Shown here: positions 37,501 through 52,980 of the stretch, one piece after another | How the letters are laid out: each line of letters starts with the position of its first letter | Position numbering within the stretch: position 1 is the stretch's first letter | NCBI GenBank assembly: GCA_964016885.1 | Contig: OZ024742.1 | Coordinates: 246,946,001-247,010,000, forward strand | Reading direction: 5' to 3' | Source of the DNA: Eledone cirrhosa | Lineage: Eukaryota | Length of the DNA: 64,000 nucleotides | Position numbers and translations under genes: made by a program | The notes under the pieces: generated by a model | The model's database searches: none | Seen by the model: only the letters and a program-made list of their open reading frames with translations | What the model was told of the DNA's origin: nothing

Positions 37501-38150
37501 ATGACCTCTCTCAAAGACATGTAGAAACTTAGTTTTTCATCATCACTGGCACACATGGTAGGAGCGTACACACTGATCAGAGTCACAAACCGGCTTTGAA
37601 TCAGAGAGACTCTCATGGACATTATCCGATCATTGAATCCACAAGGAAGATTGTCCAGCTTTGAGACGATTCCATTCCTGACTGCAAATGCGACCCCTGC
37701 CTCTATCCTACAACCCTCTGCCCCACCACTCCAATAGAAGGTATATCCTCCCTACTGCTCTGTGAATTGACCCTCACCTGCCAATCTCGTTTCTGAAAGA
37801 GCTACGATGTCCATGCTATAGCGATCGAGTTTCCCCGACACCAAAGCAGATCTTATTTCAGGGCGAGTTTTATTGGACGGGGAATCCAATAAAGTTCTTA
37901 CATTCCAACATCCAATATTCAGAGGTTTTTACCTCCCTTATATATATATACACATAGATAGATACACACACACACGCAGACACATAAACGCGCACGCACG
38001 CACATACACACACACACATACTCACACACATACACATACATACACACACACAAACTTGTGTGTGTGACTTGGTTTTGGTACGGAAAGAATTTGTTTCCAG
38101 TTTTTTTCTTTTGTTTTTCTTTTGTCTCCCTAGGGAATTCGTTGACAAGC
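34590..38150 (-). mobile_element. RTE-clade LINE, near full length, decayed (APE + RT + C-terminal C2H2 fingers)
   Basis: Motifs IGCWNVRTL, LSETRL, YAPT, LGDFNARVG, TWMHP, WTDHRLV, KSPGMDG, NYRGISLLS, PESQCGFR, KQGD, LYADD and CPECGKICLSKSGLRSH. A (GT)n-like tract interrupts the 5' end at ~37940-38065. Confidence 0.9.
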
Positions 38151-38695
38151 TTCGTTTTCTTCATTCAAATGCATTCACACTGGCTGTCTAAGAGACGTAC
38201 AAATATAACTTATAAAATTTACCAAAATAAATGGTCTTCCAGCCCCCCCCCCCCCCCCCCCCAGCTTCAAACGCCCTCTAACGCCCCTTGCTCCAAAACG
38301 CCCCCTGGAGCTCCGTTTGCTGTAAAGCACGGTGTCTGATGTTCTACCGACTGCCAATCCACATAAATAATGTGCAAACGACACACAGACACACAGAGAG
38401 ATGACTAAGTTTGATGAATACAAACGCATACGAACACACATATACATATATATATATAACTTTGGTAACATTATTAGGTTTTAGCCAATACTTGGCCAGT
38501 CCATGTCGGCAGGAAGAGGTAAATGAGTAAAAGAGTAATATGTGTATATACATAAATGTGTGAAGGTTTGTGTTTGTTGTGTGTGTATATATATATACAG
38601 ATTGTCTCCTGTTAAAGTTTGATATGTTCTATTGTACATTTATATCATTATATATATATATTATATATATATATAATGTTATACTTTGGTTATAA

Positions 38696-38920
38696 ATTTC
38701 CGGTTGGTTGGTTGGTTCCACAACCGGGCGGTTGTTATATATTGTCAAAGTTCTTTCGTCACACATTTCTGAAAAAATAAGATGGCGTAGGACAGAACAA
38801 AGGAGAGGCACAAAACAAAGAAAAGAATCACCAGTCACTGAAGAGGTCACATAATGTGTGACGAAAGAACTTTGACAATAACTGAACAACGTCCGGTTGT
38901 GGAACCAACCAACCGGAAAT
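38696..38920. repeat. 225-bp mini-element with ~70-bp inverted termini
   Basis: 38696-38767 versus 38853-38920. Confidence 0.85.
38834..38876 (+). ncRNA. hammerhead ribozyme motif
   Basis: gtca-CTGAAGA-g-gtcaca-taatg-tgtgac-GAAA-gaac-TT-tgac. Confidence 0.7.
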
Positions 38921-39281
38921 ATATAAATTAAAAAAAAAATGTTTTTTTAATTTTTAAATTTATAATAAATTGGAGTGAAACATCTGGTGCATGTGATTCT
39001 TATTGGCAACATGACCCTCCCAAAGTATAACAAAATCGGTTTCAACAGACGTTTTCAGATAAAGAATCTTGCTAAACAAATCCAGAAACGAAATATATAT
39101 ATATATAAATATATAAAAATCAAGAAAGAAGAGTGACATGGTTTGCTATACAATAAGGGCTTTATTCACATTGCTGACAATTGTTTCTCTGACTGGTAGG
39201 TCTAGACATCGCTACCCGCCTGTTTTTGCGTCAATCGATCACCAATACTTTGGACTACCTATATCAATAATTTGTTATCCC

Positions 39282-39361
<80 letters not shown>

Positions 39362-39546
39362 ATATTAAGGGGACTATCTATAGCTATGTATATTTTAAAC
39401 TATAAACAACTATAAACAGGGAAGGTCAGTAATTTATTACTACCTTATTACCAGTAAGATAAATAGCTCAATGTAAGAACATCAGTTGTTTTACAGAGCA
39501 GTAATATTGAATTCACAAATCAAAGCTATGTTCAAAACATTTATCC

Positions 39547-39591
39547 GCTGACAATTGTTTCTTCCAAACCTAAGACTGGCGTCCTCGGAGC
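39547..39591 (-). ncRNA. hammerhead motif, CCGAGGA core variant
   Basis: gct-CCGAGGA-cgccagtcttaggtttggaa-GAAA-caattg-TC-agc. Confidence 0.6.
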
Positions 39592-41042
39592 ATTTTTAAT
39601 GATTGTACATATATAATTTACCTCCTACTCAACGTAAGGGACATACAGATACATATATATATATTGATGTACAGTGTGGAGTTGATGTGACATATATTAT
39701 ATTATACTATATTTGTACAGTAATTCAAATTAAGATTAAAATCAAAATTCAAAAACAAGATTAAAAGCATAAGTTGGAATACATGCGACAGATATTACAG
39801 ATAATAGAGGAGAATAGTCTAATAAACAAATTAAATAGATAGTATATGCGTTATTCATATATAGAGGGATGGAACAAGCAAATATATCATGTATATATGA
39901 ATACTGTGTGGCAAGGCATTACATGAAATACAAGCACTTTAAGCGGGTATGTAAGTGTATTATGGTGGTTGAAGTGTGAGGTTATTTTCTGTATAGTGCA
40001 AATTTGTATGTGTGCAGAAAAAGGAAGTTATAGTTTTCACATGCATCACTATTTTCACATCTAGAACAAGGCAGTTACAGTTTTCACATCCATCACATAA
40101 GTTACGATGTATTTGTATTGAACGTTTTTTGTAGTAATGGATTGTAACGTATTGCAACTCAGTGTTATTAATCCATATTTATAGATTAGGGTCTTTCGGT
40201 TGTGAGAATTAACAGCGGTTTAATATCCGGAAGTGGGTATGTAATTACGGGGAGCTAATGCGTAAGGTGAGGTAACTAGCTCATTTTAATAATTAAATTC
40301 ATTGCTCTAATAGACATTATATGGGGCCTCAATTGAGTCCCTTATATAAAAGGTTATATATTTATATTTAATTTTAAATACAGTCTACTCTCTCATAATG
40401 TATTAAAGGTTTCAATAGGAAGTTGTCTACCCATTATTATATAGTGCCAAAATTGAACTTCCCATACAAAGTGCTATATCTTTATATCTAATTATCCTTA
40501 AATACAGTCTACTCTCAAACATATTGAAGGTCCAATTAGATTTTTGTCTACCCAACATTTGGTAAGCTATGGAACAGCATACGGCTGTTTGCATGATAAA
40601 TTAGATACATCCCTTTAGTGAACAAATACATCCCCTATATACAATGTTATTAATCCATACATTTGATTATAAATGCATATATAATTCATTGTTCCATATT
40701 ACATATAAGTTAGACAAATGTCCTATGTTAACAAATTAATCCTATATATACACAATGTAATTAATTTATACATTTAATTTCCAATGTATATATAGTTCAT
40801 TGTTGCATCTAATATTTAAAGTTTATATAAACTGTATTATATTGCAATCACTATACAATTGTAAGTAATCTAAAGTAGTTATATTAAAAGGTGGTGATTA
40901 TAAGGATCTTTCTAGGGTATAAAGTTATGGATAAAATGATTTATGTAGAGGAAAGGGTGGATCAGAGAGTGTGGTGTAATGGTGGAAGGCATGACCTTGA
41001 GGTGAAGTGCAAGTAGTGGTGATGAGTTCAAATCTGACATAG

Positions 41043-42492
41043 TTATATACTAGGTTTAAAGTTTTGGAAAGAGTGTCGGAATCGGTGTTGGCACGATGCA
41101 AACACTTCCGATTTTTTATTAAGGAGCTTAAGATTCGAAAAGATTATAGTATGGGTCTCTAGTAGACAGAGGTTACAAAATTTATTAGGTGGTTTATACG
41201 ATGCAGCTCTACCTACCACTTCCCATTGAAGTGTATATGATCTATTCCTAGTTTTCAGATAGTGTATGTAGCTTGATAGTGAAGTGGAGTTGGCTAGATT
41301 GTGTTTTTTGAAAGAATGGAGATATGAGTTGTATCTCGTCTTGAAGCAGTCCGAAGTTGAGCCTATATAGGTTTCAGAAGTGTTGTTAGTGTCGACCGTG
41401 CATGAGTAAATGATGTCCTTGATTAAGCAGTTTTTACCTAAGGGGCAGGTTCTATTTTATCTACAGTTACATTTATTTTGGATGTTATCTTGTCGGTTAT
41501 TATGTTGTGTAGAAGTCTGGTTGCTAGGTATTGCATTAGGGCTATGAATGTTGTCGTTCCTCCTGTTATTGATTTCTATTGTTAATAGCGTTTGTAGTTA
41601 TTATGTTGTTTTGAAAGTTTACCCCTGCTGTGTTTTAGTTTGTTGAAAATAAGTATTAATCTTTCTTTTATTACTACTAGCTATGTGGTATGCTATGTTA
41701 GGTGTGGTAGAGTAGGAGATTTTAATGGTGTTTTTATTTATAAGACTATGATTCTTGTGGCCAGATGGGAGGTTTTTATCCAGGATTGAGAAAAAAAGCC
41801 TTAGGTAGGTTGGTAGAGACGTTTAGATTGAAAGGGGGATTGAAAAATGTATTAGTTCTTCTATTTTTGCTTATTATATCTATTGAGGTATTTCTGTTTA
41901 TAGTATTTTGGTGCGAGTTACGTTTGATGTTACCCTTCGCATTAGTGTGAGTGTGGTTATTATTCTTATTACTATTTTTCCTCATGGTCATATTGTGAGA
42001 AATAATGTTGTAACTATGTGATTTTACATTATTATAGCCTGATTCAGTTAGTGCCTGATTATAGTATTGTGAATTATTGCTAAATATGGTTTCGTTATAA
42101 GATAGATTAGAGATTCTATTAGATATTCCTTTAGTGATTGGGTTCAATATGGATCTAGGGTGGTTAGATTTGGTATCGACATGAATTAGTTTTTCGCTAG
42201 GTTTATGAAATGGTGTACATATTTTAGAGTCTAGGTAAAGGATAGCATCAAGGAAGTTAACATTTTTAGTGTTTTTGTCTATGGTGATACTTAAGTTATA
42301 GTTTTTGAAAGTTTTATGCAATAGTTTCCTAGTTCTTTCTATATTAAATTGTTTATAGTCTATGAGGAGTAGTGCATCGTCGCGGTATGAACCACCGTTG
42401 AGGTATGGTAGACCATTATGGATTTCATTTAGTAGATATAGGCCCACCAAATCAGTGACCTGCGCCGAGTTAGTAGATCCCATAGTTATGTC
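41043..42492 (-). pseudogene. PLE RT C-terminal half + GIY-YIG, disrupted
   Basis: ORF 41776..42483 has MGSTNSAQVTDLVG, GGSYRDDALL, VNFLDA, FHKP and FNPPF. Hand translation downstream gives YIGSTS and LLNKKSEVFASCQH. Confidence 0.88.
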
Positions 42493-42528
42493 AAGGAGGT
42501 AAATTATATATGTACAATCATTAAAAAT

Positions 42529-42573
42529 GGTCCGAGGACACCAAGCCTAGGTTTGGAAGAAACAATTGTCAGC
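42529..42573 (+). ncRNA. hammerhead motif, CCGAGGA variant (inverted pLTR copy)
   Basis: ggt-CCGAGGA-caccaagcctaggtttggaa-GAAA-caattg-TC-agc. Confidence 0.55.
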
Positions 42574-42629
42574 GGATAAATGTTTTGAACATAGCTTTGA
42601 TCTGTGAATTCATTATATATATATATATA

Positions 42630-42880
<251 letters not shown>

Positions 42881-43007
42881 ATTCACTATTTTGTAATCGT
42901 TAAATGTCTGAATTTATTCTTTGAATTTTTCTTTGAGCTTATTTTGGGAAACAAGTCACATGTTCGAGATTATCTCAAACATGGTATCTCTAACTTTGAA
43001 AGTAATG

Positions 43008-43132
<125 letters not shown>

Positions 43133-43195
43133 TATATACATATATGTATATATATATGTATATATATATATATACACACACACATATATATATAT

Positions 43196-44400
43196 GAAAA
43201 AAAGCCGCCAGCAGGGACCTGTTTGTACATTTCAGATCGGCCCTCCCACTCGGTGCCAAGTTCGGATACATAAGGAACGAACTGGCACGTATCCGGAACA
43301 AATACACCGACGCTAGAGAGCGGGACACACACACCACACATTTCCTGGAAGTATTCAAAGTGAACGGATACACGACATCCACCACAAACCGTGCCAGAAA
43401 GAACAGAGGACACCACGACCGAGGCACTAACACCTGCTTCCTGAAGCTCCCACGCTTCAGTGAAGAAACAACAACAGCCATCCGCAGAGCTATCAGACGA
43501 GAGGGACTAAATATCCAACTGGCCCACTCAGGTCCTTCTCTACGCGGACAGCTAACCAAAAGACACTCCACCAGACATGACAACTGCTGCAGACTAGCCA
43601 ACTGCCCCATCAACGACACAGACCTATGCCACCAGGCTTACGTCGTATACAGACTAGAGTGTGACAAATGCAGCAACTTCTACGTAGGTAGCACCACCAG
43701 ACCACTCCACATAAGAATAAAAGAACACCTCAATACTAACGCTTCCTCATTTAAGAAACACCTAGTTAAATGCAAAAAGACCGACAAAACCATAACAGTT
43801 AGGATAGAAACTAAGGAAAGAAACCTCGGCAATCTTAGAATTAAGGAAGCACTAATTATAGATAAAACACAACCACCAATCAATAATAGACTAGAACTCA
43901 ACACCCAATTTATAACCTGATAGAGCTTCTAGCCCCATATTTACCGCCCACACACACGCACGCACGCACACACACACACACGCTTACACCTCCACTTATT
44001 CTCTCTCACACATACACACACAAAACCAGTTCTAACACCAGATAACACCTATCCCCCACATTTACGAATAGACTTATCTTCTCACACTCACACACACACA
44101 CTCACATAATTACACCTTCATGCATCTCCCACACACTTAAACAGGCATGTATATAAAAAAAAAAGCCAAAAACCAAAACAAACCCCTTTTAAAGGGAGAC
44201 TACTCTTTATCCACCTAATTTTAACTCTTTGACATTAGATATAGAACAGATACTCTATACCATTTCCTGTCAGCATGACTTGGCAAGCTATTTAGAACGG
44301 TGGTTTGAGACCTTTATTTCCCTCTGAAGAAGAGATATTATCTCGAAAATTAAGGACATTTAAATAAATCTAAGGTACAAGACTAATTGTCAACAATATC
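43196..44400 (+). mobile_element. PLE 3' fragment of a different (non-Naiad) type: RT thumb + GIY-YIG + 3' UTR
   Basis: ORF 43360..43920 has NGY, LKLP, CRLANCP...C, VVYRLECDKCSNFYVGSTTRPLHIRIKEH, KEALII and PPINNR. Starts at (TA)n. Confidence 0.85.
44321..44355 (+). ncRNA. minimal hammerhead motif
   Basis: cct-CTGAAGA-a-gagat-att-atctc-GAAA-at-TA-agg, with AATAAA about 8 nt later. Confidence 0.65.
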
Positions 44401-44529
44401 TTTTGCATTCGCATTCTTTATTCTATGTCCATACCTGCATTGTTTTGGCTTTATTATACATATTCAAACATATATATACATATATATATGTGTGTGTGTA
44501 CCCGATTTGCAACAACGCAGCACGCCATT

Positions 44530-44592
<63 letters not shown>

Positions 44593-44598
44593 TATGTG

Positions 44599-45349
<751 letters not shown>

Positions 45350-45599
45350 TAGATAGATTGAAGGGATATATATATATATATATGTAGGTGTGCATGTATG
45401 TGTGTGTGTTTGTATATATACATCTGCATGCATATATATACATATATGCAACAGTATGTGTATGTATGTATATATGTATGTATCTTGTCAGAGAGATAAA
45501 GAGATTGAAGTTTAAGAGGAAATTTTATTAGGAGATTAAAAAAAATAGTGTCTGAAGCTCTAACAACTGAGTCAACAGTGACATCAGCGGGGAGCGAAA

Positions 45600-46090
45600 G
45601 CAATAACAATATCAAAAACAAGAAGAAGAATGATTACAACAACATCAGCAGTAACAACAACAACAACATTAACAGAAACAGCAGCAGCAACATCGTAGGT
45701 ATCAACACTTTCATCATTAGCAATAACAACAAAAACAACAGGAGTTACAGTAAGGAGAATACCAGCAGTAGCAGAATCAGCAGCAGCATCAGCAACAGTA
45801 TCAGCAGCAGCATTATCAGCAGCATCAGCAGCAGCACCAACATCAGCACCAGCAGCAGTATCAGTATCAGCAACAACAACAGCATCAAGAATCACAAATT
45901 TAACAGAAACTACAGCAACACCATCGTCAACATCGACAATAATAACAAAAGCAATGAAGAGCAACAACAACAACAACAACAACAACAACTGCAACAACAA
46001 CTACAATGCCTTCAATGATTATAACAACTATAACAACTGCAACAACAGCAACAAGAATAAAACCAACAGCGATAACAACAACAACAAAAA
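45600..46090. repeat. degenerate (CAA/CAG)n low-complexity tract
   Basis: Direct reading of the sequence. Confidence 0.85.
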
Positions 46091-46309
46091 CTTTAGATTT
46101 ATTAGAAGACAGAGAAGTCAAAAGTCCCTTTAATATCCTGGAGTTGACTAATGAAGTGATCTAATTAATTATCAATTATTCCTACTCTTCATGACGTCAT
46201 ACTCTGGAGGTATTTACTGCTCATAGCTTCCGGTATTATTACACCAGCCTGGCAGTTGTCATTCGGTGCAAGTTCAACGTAGTTGCTTACCAAATTATGT
46301 TCTTCGTTG

Positions 46310-46347
<38 letters not shown>

Positions 46348-47639
46348 ACACACATGCATATATATACACACTTTCAAAAATCCGGTACAATGAAGTAGAA
46401 AAGTACAGAGGGCAAATAATGACAAAACAAAAGATAGTAATGTTTTACCCAGTTTATTTCAACTTAATATTTCAGGGCTATAACCTCCTTTTCAAATGTG
46501 TAGCCAAAACAGTTTAAAACGAAACGAACGATCTCTGTGTTCTTCCTCCTTTATATATGTATATATATAAATAGATATGCACGCACACACACACACACAC
46601 ATATAAATATATGGGATGGTGTAGTCTTTGTGGCTACAATTGTTTCAGCAATACAATTTTACACATATATATCCACACAAACGCACACTTATGATTATAT
46701 AAATAAGCACATATACACACATGCTTACATACATATGCATACTTGCGTATACATACATAAATTATTCGATACGATGTTGACATCTTTTCTTTTCAAAACC
46801 ACCGATGTACCCACATCTTTCAAATTAAAGCATATTGGTGAAACATCTAATAAAAACATCAATCTCGTACAGATACAACAGCCATGCTGTAGAACTAAGG
46901 TTAAATGCTATAAATTGCTGCAGAAGTTAGCTGACCAGTAGATGGGAATGTCTCGTCTAACATAGAGCAAAAGAGAACATCTATGGTCAGTTAATATGGA
47001 ACTTACAGCTCTTGTAATATATATACAGATACATACAAAAATGCATACATATTTACAAAGCTATATACATTGTCTCTTTCTCCTTGAATTCAAGTGTGAC
47101 CATATTCTGATGCATGTCAAGTCAATACGTCTCACGACTCATCAGGTCTAAAGTGACCTTTCAATTAGTTACATGTTTGTTCCTAGTAACCAAAGATAGA
47201 TTATGCCTCTGTCGGATCGGAAATGATACTCCAAGAGTTCGATATAAATTCGGAATCCATTAAAATACGAAGAACTATATGGACAATTGATTGCTAGCAA
47301 TAGCAGCCCAAATTCATTCCTTGCTGTCTTTTATATAAAAAAAGGACATATTGAATAATCATTGGTAAAATATTCCTGAGAAAAATAAGGGATGGCCATG
47401 GCTAGAATGTCTATAGTTGAAAGTTAATTATGCTAGATCGATCAAAGTTAATCTGGGTCGAAATAATCTCTTGGTAGTGTGAGATTAATCGATTATACAC
47501 GATATACCCATTTGAGACAGCGTAGTAATATTTTGGATTTATAAAAACACAAATAACAAAAACGTCATTGATGATAAAAACAACAAAATTGATGATGAAG
47601 ACAACGAACAATATCAACAACAAAAATACATTACTACAA

Positions 47640-48330
47640 ACTCCACCATCACTACAAGCCCCGCCACTGTCACCATCAACAATACAGCACCCACCACCGC
47701 CGCCTCCTCCACTACCATCACCAAAACAAGCACCATCTCTATCACCATCTTCATCACAGCCCCCACCACTGTCGCTACCTCCTCCACCACCACAGGCTCT
47801 AACCTCCTCCACCACCTCCACCACAAGCACCATCTCTTACATCATCATCAGCATAGCCTCCACCACCGTCGCTACCCCGTCCACCACCACTACCACCACC
47901 CCTACCACCACCACAGTCTTCAACCGCCGCAACTACCTCCATCACAACACAAGCACCATCTCTATCACCATCATCATCATAGCCTCCACCATCGTCACTA
48001 CCGCCTCCACCGCCACTACCAGTACCACCACCACAGCCTCCAACCGCCGCAACCACCTCGACCACAAGCACTATCACTATTACCATAACCATCACAGCCC
48101 CCCACCACCGTCGCTACCTTCTCCACCGCCACTACCACTACCGCCACTATCACTACCACCACCACAGCCTCCAACCGCCACAACCACCTCCAACCGCCAC
48201 AACCACCTCCACCACAACACAAGCACTATCACTCTTACCATCACCATCACCACCAGAGCCCTCATCAGCGTCACCACATACCTCAGAAGCACCACCACTA
48301 TCACAACCCCTACCGCTGTTACACCCCGCC
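47640..48330. repeat. degenerate (CAC)n tract with internal higher-order repeats
   Basis: Recurrent caccacagcctccaaccgcc and acaagcaccatctctatcaccatc blocks. Confidence 0.85.
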
Positions 48331-48775
48331 CCAGATTGTTAGTGAGGCCTCTGTTGAAACTGTCCACACCAGTTTCAGAGAAATTAAATATGTTAATATT
48401 CGAAATAATTAATTCTTGTTTTTATAGGTTCTGTTTTTTTAATTATTAATTTCATTTCAATCTTCATTTTTATTTATTAGCAATCTTTGATTGAGATCAT
48501 TTTAGGCGGGAATCGAGGGAACGCAGGGGTACAGCAGGGGGAGAGAGGGAGGAGTAGTATGAGATGATAGAGAAATGAAAGGAAGGAAAGAAAGGAGAGG
48601 TAATCAGTGAGATGGATGACGTCGATGTTGAGAACATATATGTGGAAGTGTATGTGTGTGTGCATATATATGTCGGGGTAAATGCCTTTGGTAAGGTACA
48701 GAATAATACGTTAATAAAGTATAATTTTCAGAAGTAATAAAATACTCTTCATCGCTTGGATGAAAAGATACTGGT

Positions 48776-48976
48776 TTTTGATTTAGGCACAAGACCAGCA
48801 ATTTTGCGAATGGGGAAAAATCGATGAAATCGACCCAAGTGTGTTACTGATACTTATTCTATCGACCCCGTAAGGATGAAAGGCAAATGTAATTTTGGTG
48901 AGATTTGAACAAAGAACGTAAAGGGACGTAACTATATACAACAAAGCATGTCTGACGCCCTACAGATATGGCCAAT
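48776..48976 (-). mobile_element. SINE family A, older diverged variant
   Basis: tatcgaccccgtaaggatgaaaggcaaa core and ggcacaagaccagcaatt tail. Confidence 0.75.
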
Positions 48977-49149
48977 GAAACATTGTTTATAATTTAAATC
49001 AAGTGCTTTAGTTGTTAAAAGGATGCTCAAATCTGACCTTCACTATTTGTATTTTCTCATCTTTTTACCCGGAACTGTTATGGTTTACTTTCGGAGTGAA
49101 TTTCTTTATACAAAATTTCTCTATTTCTAGTTGGTAGTTTCAATCATCA

Positions 49150-49400
49150 CTTGAACATTTATGAAAAGGGCAAATTCCTAAATGATCACTTAGGGAGTTT
49201 CTCTTAATTCCAGTTTTCGTATTTGTTGTTTGTGAACTCTGTTCACACAAATAGTTGCCAGTCTGGCCGATATAATAATCTTTGAAGACAAGACAGACCA
49301 TACAATATATCAGATTTCATGCTTCGCATTTCATCTCTGCATTTATTTTAAAGACTTTTTTCGTCTTCAGACATCTCAACGGAATGTTCCACACCTGCAA
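49150..49400 (-). pseudogene. possible hAT transposase C-terminal remnant
   Basis: Minus-strand YLCEQS...KT...RNSL resembles the TTYLCExxFS dimerisation motif; heavily decayed. Confidence 0.3.
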
Positions 49401-52400
49401 TCTCTACAGGATTTAACGGAAAATTTGGAATTATTTTCTGATGTAAAACTCTCTCCAGTGAGATGTTCTTAGGGGTTCTTTTTTTTTTGTTGTCTTTTGC
49501 TGTTGATAATTGAAGTTTATTTCACTTGGCCTTATATTTAACCGGTTGACTATAAAGCTTGCAAATATATTTGGTACTCCTAGATATTATGTTATCAGAA
49601 GGAATAATATCTTCCTCAACTTATTCTATGAGTTCTAGGTTTAAATATATCCAGTTCCGTTGGCTTTTAATGGGTTATTTATTAAATTCAAGAGATATTT
49701 TGTTGTTTAAGAAAACGTCCATGTTCAGCATATCTAATTCTCTGTAGTTCTGGATCAACCACTATTACGCATATTCATCTTGTCATGCAGTATAGAATTT
49801 GCTGTGTGAAGGATACAAGTAGAAAAAAGTACAAATATTATTCTGTTTGAGTTTTTGTAAAATATCTTTTGTAATTCTGGTGTGACACAATTTTATCCAG
49901 ATGTTCAAATATGACAGTTCTTTCTAATTCTTTTTAGTATTAAAAGAAAATGCATTTAACTTTGATAGAAAAACGTATAGACGAAGAAAAGCAACGGCCA
50001 TGGACACAATAGTAGCGCCTTTGCATGATAAGCTTTTGATGGGATTTCTAGATGAAAAGTTATATGACGACATAGAAATGACATTTGGCAACAACTTTAA
50101 AGAATACGGTGATTTATTTGTTTTACGAGGTTTTTGATATGAAATCGTGTGTTGAAGCAGATATTTGTGGAGGGTAATGTTCTAATCTTGCCAGAAAAAT
50201 ATAGTAATACACAAGCACTGTTTGGTTTAGTTTCCACTTCAGTATATTTTTATTTCTAAACTATAATAAAGTAAGGAGTGCGGGACTGCATCCAGAATAT
50301 ATTTTTTAATCCTGTTAGTAAAATAAGTTGGATTACTTTGAATAAATAATGAATGAATATTACATAATTTATCTACTAAATTTTGTTATTCTTGATTAAA
50401 TATGAATAATTTTGTTGGTTATTTTAAGATTCACTTCTTTAATATTTTCAAATGTGAACACTTCCGGTTAGCAATTGCTTAAATAAGCATTCATATATTT
50501 CCGTCACTAATTTTTTCCTAATGTAGTTTATATATAATATCGTCTTTTTTTATGTATCATGGATTACGTTACTGATTACATAAGACAGTGTAACGCAGTC
50601 TTTGTTCAATTTCTGTGTATATTATCAATTACGATGTTATTTCATGTATCATATCTACATGCATATATACTTGCGTATAATATCAATATGCACACTGCAC
50701 ATGCTAGCAGAAAAACCACCCTCCGGGTGGTTAGGAAAATTTCTAGGCGAATGCTTTATTTATTTTTTAACAAATCAGAGGGCGATCTACAAGCAGGTCT
50801 CTACATTTTAAATGCTCGCCACCCAATCACTAGATTCACAACAGAAACCAATGAGAAAAAACCCACAATTTCATGACATCATTATAAAAGAACGAATGGT
50901 GGTGTAGCAGCAGCAGCAGGAGGAGGAGGAGTATACAATAGAAAAGGGAGAGAAATAAGTAGGGGTTATCATGGACATGGTGGTGTTATTGAAGGTGTAG
51001 TGATTGGAGATTATATTAATCACAAATTATATTAATGAGAGTCAGTGTCCAACCTAACCTCAGCTCATACCATTGACAGCAGTAACAACAATATCAGTGG
51101 CAGCAACAACAAGATCATCATTTATAACAGCAGCAATAGCAACAATTGTTTCTTCTTGAAGAAGAAGAAAAAGGAGAAAATTGTCAAGTTGTAAAAAAAG
51201 GAGAAGAAATAGCAACAATAGCCACAGCAACAACAACAAGGGAAACAACATCAATTACAATAGAAAACAGTAACAAAAACATCAACAACAGCAGCAATAT
51301 ACGCTACAATAACTAAAACAACACCACCATCACGAACAAGAGCAATTGGAGCAGCATCCACAGTACCAACAACAACAACACCAACGACATCCCCAACATA
51401 AAGATGACGACTACAAAAACAACAGCAACAACAACTTCCAAATCAGAATCAACAACATGATCAAAGCCTTACAACCATGAATATACTATCAATATATTTC
51501 AGGTATAAAGTACCCAGTACTACATTTTCTAATGTGTTCGTCGGGGTTTAAAAGGTATAGTTTATCTAGGACTACATTATCTAATGTGTCCTTCCTGGTT
51601 TAACACGTTACCGTGGGTGAGCAATTGTTAGCTACTCCTGTTTCTTATGGAGGATTTGGTGACAAGAAGTCTGCACCTAGATGATTCACGAACCCTACCG
51701 GGAGCCTGTACTCCCACCTCTGGCTTATTTCTACCAGATCCTCACCCACAATTATCAACCAGGTTTTTATAGGTCTGTCACGCCTCCTGTGAATTTCCGT
51801 ACTTCCGGCGTCCATGAATGGAAGGTTCTCACTGGTCTGTTAGTGGGCAGGCGTAACACATAGACAAACATTTTCCGCCTACTTATGGGGTTGGTATCTC
51901 GTTGATTTTTCAGTCAGACTCTTTTCATGACCTTGTCATGAGTGATATTTCTTTGGTATTCTTAGCAGTTCGCCTGACTATGTAGAGGGCTCCTCAATCA
52001 TTCACCTTTCTAGTAATTTGTAACTGTAGTTACTTTATTTGCAATATGATCCCACCATTCTTATATAAGAAAGAAATGGTGAAGAATGATATTTTGCTGT
52101 TATTCCTACTGGTTCAAGCGACCACGTAGAAGAAGGCTCATTATTGACTCTTGTTTCTAGAGAAATGTAATCGTGATTAGTTTATTTATTTCTATAAATT
52201 ATTTTCAATGACATTCTGACAAACACTACGGAGCCCATCTGACACCATACACACTTGTGAAATGTAGTCCCCAATTCAGCGTAGGATTTGTCTTTCGGTA
52301 ATAATATAGCGTTAATTGTTAACACCTCCTAATGAGATAATCTTCATTATTTCCACGCTTGGCTAACACAAATTGATACAGTAGTCAATAATACTTCCTT

Positions 52401-52647
52401 GGATGACACTTCTTATACAGCAATAACTAAATGGCGACCACACATGTCGACCGGATATTGATAATGAATTAAGACTGGCTCTGGGATTTCATTGCAAGGT
52501 TGTGTAACAACATAGCAATATATATATATAACTTCATTGTAATATATAGTGGAAGAGGAGGTTGCGAACAGAAAGGCAAGAAAGGAGATTTATAGCCTGG
52601 CAAATGAACATTAACATAAGGCAATAAATGAAGACATCTATATATGC

Positions 52648-52980
52648 ATATACATACATACATACATACATACATACATTACATGCATACATACATACAT
52701 ATATACATGCATGCATACATACATACATACATACATACACACATACATGCATACAAACAAACATGCATGCTAACAAGCATGCATGCATACATATATACAT
52801 ACATATATATATACATACATACATACATACATACATACATACATACATACATACATACATACATGTATACATACATACATGCATGCATACATACATACAT
52901 AAATTCATGCATACAAGCATACATGTATACATACATGTATACATACACACACACACATACACACACATACATATATATAT
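52648..52980. repeat. degenerate (CATA)n microsatellite
   Basis: Direct reading of the sequence. Confidence 0.9.

Larger units (their letters stand above)
39508..42612 (-). mobile_element. Naiad-type PLE, 5'-truncated, with ~119-bp inverted terminal (pLTR) copy
   Basis: 39508-39626 is the reverse complement of 42494-42612. RT/GIY-YIG at 41043-42492, followed by a ~1.5-kb AT-rich 3' UTR. Confidence 0.88.

Noticed and set aside
39165-39215. Minus-strand GAAA-caattg-TC-agc half motif
   Set aside because: The 5' core is not recognisable, so it is not counted as a ribozyme.
45548-46018. Ser/Asn/Gln-rich ORF
   Set aside because: It comes from a degenerate CAG/CAA repeat and has no other coding signal.
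47568-48449. 293-aa Pro/Thr/His-rich ORF resembling a mucin or extensin
   Set aside because: It lies in a degenerate (CAC)n tract that is open in several frames on both strands, with no domain or splice evidence.
51490-52030. Possible 3' end of another RLE-type element on the minus strand (GALYIVRR)
   Set aside because: The similarity is too short and decayed to support a call.
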